A DNA stretch of 64,000 nucleotides, taken from NCBI GenBank assembly GCA_043812915.1, contig JBDRLQ010000004.1, positions 949 through 64,948 on the forward strand. The letters run 5' to 3'. Positions within the stretch are counted from its first letter, which is position 1. Every line of letters starts with the position of its first letter. The position numbers were made by a program, and so were the translations under genes. The notes below the pieces were generated by a model. The model had not been told where the DNA came from, did no database searches, and was given only the letters and a program-made list of their open reading frames with translations. The stretch comes from Candidatus Micrarchaeota archaeon. GTDB taxonomy: Archaea > Micrarchaeota > Micrarchaeia > Anstonellales > Bilamarchaeaceae. Of this stretch, positions 56,334 to 63,106 are shown piece by piece.

Positions 56334-56681
56334 ATGGCAAGAGTAAAAGATAACCAGCTTCTTGTTTCGCTCATGGATTTGCTGAGCAGAGATAAGAAAC
56401 CAATCTGGAAAAAAGTTAGGAAAGAACTGGACAGGCCCAGAAGGAATAGGGTTGAGGTCAACCTCAGCAAGCTTCAGGCCTACGGAGCCGACAATGGCAC
56501 TGTGCTGGTCCCCGGGAAGGTTCTTGGTGCGGGCGAGATTAGCAAGAAGCTCACTGTAGCGGCGTTCTCTTTCTCCGACAGCGCAAAGAAGCTCATTACG
56601 GCTGCCGGCGGAAGGATAATCTCAATCGAGGCGCTCCACAAGGCGAATCCGGAAGGACGGGATGTGAGGATACTCAAATAA
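56334..56681 (+). CDS. rpl18e: 50S ribosomal protein L18e (eL18)
   Basis: IWKKV...RRNRVEVNLSKL....GTVLVPGKVLGAGEI.KKLTVAAFSFS.SA...I..AGG is the eL18 pattern. First gene of the L18e-L13-S9-RpoN cluster. Confidence 0.88.
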   Translation: MARVKDNQLLVSLMDLLSRDKKPIWKKVRKELDRPRRNRVEVNLSKLQAYGADNGTVLVPGKVLGAGEISKKLTVAAFSFSDSAKKLITAAGGRIISIEALHKANPEGRDVRILK

Positions 56682-56686
56682 AGGTG

Positions 56687-57109
56687 ATGCTCATGATAGT
56701 CATTGATTGCAAAAACCTGATTTTCGGAAGAGTCGCAAGCCATGCGGCAAAGCAGGCCCTCAACGGTGAGGAAGTCCACCTCATAAATGCAGAGCAGATG
56801 GTGGTGTGCGGCAATCCTACACAGATTTCTGATAGATACAAACAGAAGAGGAGGCTGCAGAACAAGGGTACTCCGGAGCACTCGCCCAGATGGCCGAGGG
56901 TTCCCCACATGCTCGTCAAGAGGATGGTGAGGGGTATGCTCCCGAGGAAGACCATGAGAGGCAGGGAAGCCATGAAGAGGCTGATGGTATATGCCGGAAA
57001 CCCAAAGAACCTTGAGGGAAACGCGAAGCTTGCGAAGGCTGAGTATGATGGCGTGACCAAGCACATAACCATTCTGGGGTTGTGCAAGAGCCTTGGATAC
57101 ACAGGTTGA
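56687..57109 (+). CDS. rpl13: 50S ribosomal protein L13 (uL13)
   Basis: VIDCKNLIFGRVASHAAKQALNGEEVHLINAE is a uL13 N-terminus. Possible starts: GTG 56684, ATG 56687, ATG 56693. Confidence 0.92.
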   Translation: MLMIVIDCKNLIFGRVASHAAKQALNGEEVHLINAEQMVVCGNPTQISDRYKQKRRLQNKGTPEHSPRWPRVPHMLVKRMVRGMLPRKTMRGREAMKRLMVYAGNPKNLEGNAKLAKAEYDGVTKHITILGLCKSLGYTG

Positions 57110-57756
57110 TGTTTATGACAGAAAAAGAGAAGAAAGCGGAAAAAGAGGCCCCTGAAGAGAAAACGAAGAAGGCCGCAAAGAAGAAGACTACCAAGGCAGC
57201 CAAGAAAAAGGAGACAATCCAAGAGCCGAAGAAGGAAGAGAAATCGGTTCCTGAGGGGCCTTCCCCCGAGCAACCTAATCCCTTAACTCCCGAGCCCGTG
57301 GAGGCGATGCCTGAAAAAAAATCCTCAAAGAAGAAAAAGAGAGCCAAAAAGAAGGCACCTAAGGTCTTTGTGGTAAGAGGAAAAAGGAAGGAGAGCGTTG
57401 CCAGGGCAACAATAAAAGCCGGGAGGGGCATTGTACGGATTAACAGCATATCCCTTTCTGCAATGAACAACAAGTACGTCCGGGAAATAATACGCGAGCC
57501 GCTCAGGTATGTAGGGCCCGAAGTGGACACTGTGGACATTTCCGTAAACGTCTATGGCGGGGGTCTTATGGGCCAGGCGCAGGCGTCAAGGACTGCCATT
57601 GCCAAGGCTCTGGCCATGTACTTCGAGGAGCTCAAGCTTAAAGAGAAATTCATCTCCATAGACAGGTCCCTCATGATTGAGGACACGAGACGTGTGGAGA
57701 GCAAGAAAGACTGCGGACCGAAGGCAAGAGCCAGATATCAGAAATCGTACCGGTGA
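57109..57756 (+). CDS. rps9: 30S ribosomal protein S9 (uS9) with an ~85-aa K/E/P-rich N-terminal extension
   Basis: The ATG overlaps the rpl13 TGA. The core begins at ...VVRGKRKESVARATIKAGRG and ends ...KARARYQKSYR. The N-terminus is lysine-rich low complexity. Confidence 0.92.
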   Translation: MFMTEKEKKAEKEAPEEKTKKAAKKKTTKAAKKKETIQEPKKEEKSVPEGPSPEQPNPLTPEPVEAMPEKKSSKKKKRAKKKAPKVFVVRGKRKESVARATIKAGRGIVRINSISLSAMNNKYVREIIREPLRYVGPEVDTVDISVNVYGGGLMGQAQASRTAIAKALAMYFEELKLKEKFISIDRSLMIEDTRRVESKKDCGPKARARYQKSYR

Positions 57757-57760
57757 TGTA

Positions 57761-57955
57761 TTGGAATTTCCAGTAAGATGCTTTACGTGCGGAAACGTTA
57801 TCGGGCAGCTGTATGAGCAGTACAAGGAAATGCTCAATACAACGTCTGCGGAGGGAGCCCTGGACAGCCTCGGCATCCACCGCTACTGCTGCAGGAAGAT
57901 GTTCGTCGCCCATGTGGACACCGTGGATACAATCCTGCGGTACCCGAGAGTATAG
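57761..57955 (+). CDS. rpoN: DNA-directed RNA polymerase subunit N (Rpo10/RpoN)
   Basis: (M)EFPVRCFTCGNVIG...YCCRKMF..HVD matches Rpb10. The only in-frame start next to the motif is TTG at 57761, 5 nt after the rps9 stop. Confidence 0.85.
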   Translation: MEFPVRCFTCGNVIGQLYEQYKEMLNTTSAEGALDSLGIHRYCCRKMFVAHVDTVDTILRYPRV

Positions 57956-58078
57956 AGGCATTTTTGCCTTTTCTCTTTTTCTTTTACTCCAGTTTTTCTC
58001 ATTTTTGATTCTCATTAACATCTGGGAATGGCCTCTTTTAATAAGTTGTAGTTAATATATATTAGTGTTATATTGATT

Positions 58079-58260
58079 CCTGCATTGTGAAATGCAGGAC
58101 TGATGTCATGGCAAGACTGAAAATGACATGTTCGCAAACCCCGCGGAAGCAAATGTGCGGAAACCTCTTACTAAGGCGGATTCAAACCGCATAGTCAGCC
58201 AGGCCCGGGCAGGGGATGTTCATCTCCGGTCCCGCTCGTGGTGCAGAACCTGTTGATTTT
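58079..58260 (+). ncRNA. unassigned hairpin-rich noncoding segment (ncRNA candidate)
   Basis: No ORF. An AT-rich TTAATATATATTA lies at ~58052-58064. Five consecutive hairpins: 58079-58098 (7 bp), 58103-58129 (7 bp), 58141-58160, 58176-58190 (GCGG-ATTCAAA-CCGC, T-arm-like), 58212-58227. Ends at a T-run at 58257-58260. Confidence 0.25.
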
Positions 58261-58307
58261 AGTGATATCGCAAGGACGATGTGCCTCTGAAGCGACCGCA
58301 TAGAGGG

Positions 58308-58315
58308 TATATAAA
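58308..58315 (+). promoter_or_regulatory. TATA box TATATAAA for tRNA-Pro
   Basis: 35 nt upstream of the tRNA 5' end at 58350. Confidence 0.5.
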
Positions 58316-58349
58316 TCCTTCTACCGATAAAATCTCTTTAGATACCATT

Positions 58350-58496
58350 GGGGCCGTAAGGTAACCTGGTATCCTGCGTCCTTGGGGTGGACGTTATCTG
58401 AGAAAATCTCTCAGCTTTATTGCTGTGGGGTTTCAGGAATTCAATCCTCCGGTTATCAACGCCTGCGGCCGGACGGAATAAATCTCGGCGGCCCCA
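58350..58496 (+). tRNA. atypical tRNA-Pro (anticodon GGG) with a ~74-nt insertion in the T-arm/acceptor region
   Basis: Canonical 5' part: GGGGCCG-TA-AGGT-AACCTGGTA-TCCT-G-CGTCC-TTGGGGT-GGACG (58350-58393). The matching 3' acceptor strand CGGCCCC plus discriminator A is at 58489-58496, followed by a T-run. In between are CTGAG-AAAATCT-CTCAG (58398-58414) and about 74 extra nt. Confidence 0.55.
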
Positions 58497-58501
58497 TTTT
58501 T
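58497..58501 (+). terminator. oligo-T tract after tRNA-Pro
   Basis: TTTTTGTTT lies immediately 3' of the discriminator base, typical of archaeal termination. Confidence 0.4.
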
Positions 58502-58526
58502 GTTTCAGGCGAAAAGGTGAAAACGA

Positions 58527-59432
58527 ATGGCAGAAGAAGAAACTGAAAAAGTGGATGAAGAGAAGAGTGGCATGCCTGTCAAGCAGGAAATGTTCCTTGA
58601 GGCGGGTATGCATATAGGTACGAAGATTCGTACGAATGATATGAGGGATTTCGTCTTCAAGAGAAGGGATGACGGGCTGTTCATTCTGGACCTTCGGAAG
58701 AGCGCTGAGCGGCTCATGTCGGCAGCGAAGATGATCTCCCAGTTCAGGCCAGAGGATGTGCTTGTAGTCGCATCGCGTGTGTACTCAAGCAACCCTGCAA
58801 CCAAGTTCTCACAGCTGACTTCCATACCCCTTGTCAAGGGGAGGTTTGTCCCAGGCACCATGACCAACATGATGTGCGCGAGCTTCAAGGAGCCCAAGCT
58901 TGTCATGGTCTGCGATCCGAAGGGGGAGAGGGAAGCAATCCTCGAGAGCGCCAAGAACGGCGTTCCTGTAATCGCGCTCTGCGACACTGACAACGAGACA
59001 AAGTTCATCGACCTGATTGTGCCCATCAACAACAAGGGCAAGCGCTCGCTGGCACTGACCTTCTACATCCTTGCCAGGGAGCTTATGCTTTCCCAGGGCA
59101 AGATAAAGGACTACTCAGAATTCCCATTCGAGGTCCACCACTTCGAGCAGCCGCCTCCTGAAAAGAAGGAGGAGGCGAAGGCTGAGGAAGCTGTTGAAGC
59201 CGCAAAGGAAGAGGCAGCAAAAGAGGAAGCCGAGAAGGAAGAAAAGGCCGCAAAGGACAAGGAAGAGGAGAAGAAGGCCGAGGAAGCCCTCAAGGTGGCC
59301 AAGGACGAGAAGGAGTCCAAGGAGAAGCCGAAGAAAGAAGAGAAGCCGGAAAAGAAGGCCGAAGAGAAGAAAGAGGCCGCAAAGGAAGGGAAGCTGGCAA
59401 AAGAAGACGCTTCAGAAGAGAAAAAGGAGTAA
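58527..59432 (+). CDS. rps2: 30S ribosomal protein S2 (uS2) with a ~95-aa E/K/A-rich C-terminal extension
   Basis: The uS2 core (LEAGMHIGTK...VCDPKGEREAILESAKNGVPVIALCDTDN) is followed from PPPEKKEE to the stop by a low-complexity tail. Confidence 0.92.
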   Translation: MAEEETEKVDEEKSGMPVKQEMFLEAGMHIGTKIRTNDMRDFVFKRRDDGLFILDLRKSAERLMSAAKMISQFRPEDVLVVASRVYSSNPATKFSQLTSIPLVKGRFVPGTMTNMMCASFKEPKLVMVCDPKGEREAILESAKNGVPVIALCDTDNETKFIDLIVPINNKGKRSLALTFYILARELMLSQGKIKDYSEFPFEVHHFEQPPPEKKEEAKAEEAVEAAKEEAAKEEAEKEEKAAKDKEEEKKAEEALKVAKDEKESKEKPKKEEKPEKKAEEKKEAAKEGKLAKEDASEEKKE

Positions 59433-59456
59433 TCTCCTTTTCCCTTTTTTTCATTT

Positions 59457-61328
59457 TTACCAGTCGCAGATATTTTCATCCCGCGGATCCATTGGATTGT
59501 CAACATCGAACTCCCTGAATGTGCTCTGGATTCCACCGCCTTCTGTTTTATGGCAGATATTTCTCAGTTTCGAGATTCTCATTCTCCGCTCCATTACGCT
59601 TGGCAACTTCTGGATTTCTCCGATTGCAAGCCTTTTCCTGAATCTCCTCTCAGCCGCGTATCTCATGCTCATCTCTATATTGCCTCCATATCTTGAGAGC
59701 CGGGAAATCTCTGCAAAGAGCTCGAGCTCCTCCTGGGTGAGCTCCTCAATGCTCCGCACTTGTTTTTCGGGAGGGCTGCCAACCTCGAATATCTCCCTGC
59801 TTGGAATGGCCTTTAGCATCCGGGAGAACTCCTCAGCGCTTATTTCTCCATCCTCATCCTCGTCGGCTGCCTGCCTTGCACCTGCGATGGCGCGCTCCAG
59901 CCTCAATCTCCGTTCCATCACGCTGGGAAGCCCCTGGAACTCTCCAGACAAATAGCTTTTCCTGAATCTTGCCTCAAGCTCCTCATGCCTCTCATGGCGG
60001 GAGACCTCAGTGAAATATTCGAGCTCTTCCTGGGTGAGATCCAGAATATCGCCGACATAGATGCCGCCCGGGTTTTCTGGGCGTGAGCCGTCTCTTCCAG
60101 GCAACATCCTCAGCATACGCACGAACTCCCCGGAGTCAACCCTGCCGTCGTTGTCCCTGTCTGCCATGTGAGTTGCCTCTGCAACCACCCTATCAAGCAT
60201 CTCATATTCCACCTGCTGGACAAGCTCCTGCCTCTGGAGCTCCAGGAACCGGTTCTGGCTCTCTATATAGTTCCTGTATAGAGAAACGCCATAGGCCATC
60301 GCTATTCCAAGCGCGACTGCCGCGACGAATTTCACCGCCCGCAAGGCCCTTCTCCTCCAGAGCTTGTCAACTGCCTTTTGGTCATAGTTGCCCTTTCCGG
60401 TATTCACTATGACGACCGTGTCGCTGGGCCCAAGGTCGAATTTCTCTGCACCGCAGAATGCAACCGCTGCGGATGGCTCGACAGCAATCCCGATTTTGTT
60501 GAGGTACTTGTATTCCTTTGCAATCTCTCTTTCGCTGATTGCATCTACCAGCTCCACCCTCCCGTTCTTGACTAAGTTGAGAAGCAATTCCTTGAATTTC
60601 GAATATCCATTGACAAGCTTGTCTGCAATGCTCTTTCCAGGCCTTTTGAGGAACTCCTCGGCCTTCACGATAGTGTTCTGGGCAATGGTGACTCCGACAA
60701 CCATCGGCGCTTCATCTCCCCAGATTTCATTCGCGCCTTCTGCAAGCTCGACTGCAAGCTCCCCTTCCCCGACAGGGCAGAATATGTAGTCAGGCTTAAC
60801 GCCCGTATCGAAAATCTCACGAACGATAGTACGGTAGCCGTTGGCAAGCCCGTAATCCTCAACGCCGACAATATTCTCTTCCGGACCATCAAAGCCAGTT
60901 GCTTTTCTGGCAATCTCCTTCATCTCATCCTGCGTGATTATCCGCTTTCCAAGGCCCAGCTCAACAACTATTGAGCAGCCCTCAAGGGCCTCCCGCACTT
61001 CCCTTGAAATCCCTTTGGGGACTATGTTGACCACCTGGATTTCCAATCCGGTTTCCTTTACTCTTTCCTTTGCCATATGCCCCAGGCTGAATCCTGAATT
61101 CCCCGAGGTGATATGGACAAACAGCAGGCCATCTGATTTCCCCCCGCATGCCCCGGCCTTCGCAGCTAGCTTCCTCATTTCCCTATCGAGAATTGCCGAG
61201 CACCGCCTGTCCTTGAATGTCTTGAAAGGATTCATGCTCTCGTGCTTGACCAGCACAGTAGCCCCGTTGCAGCGCCCGCACATCTCGATGCTCTTTTGCA
61301 GAGGTGTCATGCCAACTTTTAGCCTCAT
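59457..61328 (-). CDS. fold-type-II PLP-enzyme domain + TM helix + two EF-hand loops (623 aa)
   Basis: NPFKTFKDRR (PLP Lys), HITSGNSGFSLG, CPVGEGELA, VEPSAAVAF. TM helix AVKFVAAVALGIAMAYGV. EF-hand loops DRDNDGRVDSGE and DEDEDGEISAEE. An internally duplicated LTQEELE.F.E.SR...LPSVMERR.R module. Confidence 0.65.
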   Translation of the reverse strand: MRLKVGMTPLQKSIEMCGRCNGATVLVKHESMNPFKTFKDRRCSAILDREMRKLAAKAGACGGKSDGLLFVHITSGNSGFSLGHMAKERVKETGLEIQVVNIVPKGISREVREALEGCSIVVELGLGKRIITQDEMKEIARKATGFDGPEENIVGVEDYGLANGYRTIVREIFDTGVKPDYIFCPVGEGELAVELAEGANEIWGDEAPMVVGVTIAQNTIVKAEEFLKRPGKSIADKLVNGYSKFKELLLNLVKNGRVELVDAISEREIAKEYKYLNKIGIAVEPSAAVAFCGAEKFDLGPSDTVVIVNTGKGNYDQKAVDKLWRRRALRAVKFVAAVALGIAMAYGVSLYRNYIESQNRFLELQRQELVQQVEYEMLDRVVAEATHMADRDNDGRVDSGEFVRMLRMLPGRDGSRPENPGGIYVGDILDLTQEELEYFTEVSRHERHEELEARFRKSYLSGEFQGLPSVMERRLRLERAIAGARQAADEDEDGEISAEEFSRMLKAIPSREIFEVGSPPEKQVRSIEELTQEELELFAEISRLSRYGGNIEMSMRYAAERRFRKRLAIGEIQKLPSVMERRMRISKLRNICHKTEGGGIQSTFREFDVDNPMDPRDENICDW

Positions 61329-62920
61329 CTCGCATTCACCTCCCTTGCAGCAGATGCGACACTCCTACGCTTATCATATATGCCCTCGGCGATTCTCCTT
61401 AAGAGAACCGGCCTACCGAAACTGTCTGGGCTGGCACGGAATTCCCTGCGCATGTCATCTGCCCACATGATGCTGAACTGCCCCATGCCTGTTCTCTCCT
61501 GATTTGCCAAACGAACGTAGAAATTGAGTTCTGCCTCAGTAAAATCATCTAGGTGGAGGCGCCCCTCTGCATTCCCAGTCCTGCACCTTCCGGCCCTTCT
61601 CCCAGGAATCTTCCCGCAGATTCTAGCAATCTCATCTTCGTTCAGCCTGCCATTGCCGTTTCCATCGGCAATTTCCATTACCTGCGCCCGCAGTTTCTGC
61701 AGCCTGAACAATTCGGCGTCATTCGCATGCATCTTCGCGCTGATTGAAAGGGTATGGTTTTCAGCTTCAAGCATCAATCTGTCCCGCTTTATGCTCAAGT
61801 CATATGTGCGGATTCCGAGTATGGCAACAGTAGCAATAAATGCAACGGCGGCCCACCTGGCGCTCTTCCAGATGAATCTCCTCCACATCTTCCTGACCGC
61901 ATGCCGATCGTAAATCCCCTGCCCCGTATTCACTATGACAATTGGCTCATCAGGATTGAGATTGCACCTCTTTGCGCCTGCGAATGCTACTGCCGCTGAA
62001 GGCTCGAGAGCCATGAGTTCTGAAACATGCTCGTATTCCTTGGCAATCTCAAACTCATTGACGGTAATCATAATCATCTTTCTTTCCTTTACCAGGCTCT
62101 CAATAATCGCCTTGAATTTCGAATATGCAGTTACCAGCTTGTCGGCAATGCTCTCCTTGGGCTTCCTGACGAATGCCTTTTTTTGGACTATGGGGTTGCC
62201 GGGTATTGTGACCCCGATAATTTTCGGGTAGTAATCCCCCCAGATGGCCTCCTCCAGGCCAAATCCTGGTGCAGTGGAGCCGTATTCGAATCCCCAGGCC
62301 TCCCTGCCATCTGCCAGTTGCTCTTCCTTTGACCACACTTCCTCCACGCCGCGCGCAAGGTCGACTGCGAGTTCTCCCCCTCCCACAGGCACAAAAATAT
62401 GCCTGGGCTTGATGCCCTCCGCATGAATCTCGCGGATAATCTCCTCATACCCGTTTCCGAGCCCGGATGACTCCACAACGACAATATCACTGTCCGGGCC
62501 ATCGAATGCAGCGGCCGTTTTCGCTATGTCAATTAGTTCGTCCTCGCCAATCTGTTCCTTATCCAGATTCATCTCACGGACGATTGAGCACTTCCTGAGC
62601 CTCCTCTTTATGGGCGTTGCCAGCTTTTTTGAAACTATATTTACAACTGTTCTCTCCTTGCCGGTCTCCTCCTGCCAGTCGGCAGCAAGCTTCGCCAGGC
62701 TGTATCCTGAGTTTCCTGATGTTATATGGACAAAAAGCACCTTTTCCTTGGAGGCATGGGCTTCAAGCAAGGCAGCACACCTTCTGGCCTTTACTGTTCC
62801 GGACTGGTTCCTGCTCTCATCCTTTACAAAGACCCTGGCGCGCCCGTATCTTCCGCACAGCTCATGGCTTATTGCGCAGCGTGTCTTGCCTACAGCTAAC
62901 CTTCTCATGTACCCCGGCAT
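61325..62920 (-). CDS. fold-type-II PLP-enzyme domain + TM helix + one EF-hand loop (531 aa), paralog of the downstream gene
   Basis: VKDESRNQSGTVKARR (PLP Lys), HITSGNSGYSLA, VPVGGGELA, LEPSAAVAF. TM helix ARWAAVAFIATVAILGI. EF-hand loop DGNGNGRLNEDE. 4-nt ATGA overlap with the next gene. Confidence 0.65.
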   Translation of the reverse strand: MPGYMRRLAVGKTRCAISHELCGRYGRARVFVKDESRNQSGTVKARRCAALLEAHASKEKVLFVHITSGNSGYSLAKLAADWQEETGKERTVVNIVSKKLATPIKRRLRKCSIVREMNLDKEQIGEDELIDIAKTAAAFDGPDSDIVVVESSGLGNGYEEIIREIHAEGIKPRHIFVPVGGGELAVDLARGVEEVWSKEEQLADGREAWGFEYGSTAPGFGLEEAIWGDYYPKIIGVTIPGNPIVQKKAFVRKPKESIADKLVTAYSKFKAIIESLVKERKMIMITVNEFEIAKEYEHVSELMALEPSAAVAFAGAKRCNLNPDEPIVIVNTGQGIYDRHAVRKMWRRFIWKSARWAAVAFIATVAILGIRTYDLSIKRDRLMLEAENHTLSISAKMHANDAELFRLQKLRAQVMEIADGNGNGRLNEDEIARICGKIPGRRAGRCRTGNAEGRLHLDDFTEAELNFYVRLANQERTGMGQFSIMWADDMRREFRASPDSFGRPVLLRRIAEGIYDKRRSVASAAREVNAR

Positions 62921-63106
62921 AATATTGTATAATTGTCCTTAAAAATGTACCTTTATGGTAATATTTATGTAAAATTGTGAGAATCACCGCTCCAGAACGG
63001 CTCTATCGATATATACGTGTTCCAACCGATATAATAATGTGACAAAGAGTATTCGGGGCAGCTAGAGCGGGGGGATAAGCGCCCTGCAAGTTTATGGGTG
63101 TGCGAG

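Noticed and set aside
56480-57539. Three overlapping minus-strand ORFs (56480..57064, 56674..57273, 56916..57539) across rpl18e/rpl13/rps9
   Set aside because: They are antisense to unmistakable ribosomal-protein genes, and their compositions (L/F/S/C-rich) are not protein-like.
58098-58150. Possible C/D-box sRNA (CTGATGT ... CTGA ... ATGACA ...)
   Set aside because: The C box has two mismatches, C' is degenerate, and no terminal CUGA D box lies at the expected 12-nt spacing.
59111-59955. Long ORFs on the opposite strand (59111..59536) and in another + frame (59194..59955) over the rps2 tail and the 3' end of the PLP/EF-hand gene
   Set aside because: They are by-products of the purine-rich (GAA/GAG/AAG) low-complexity coding sequence. 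Their translations are S/F/A- or R/K/P-rich nonsense, and they overlap well-supported genes.
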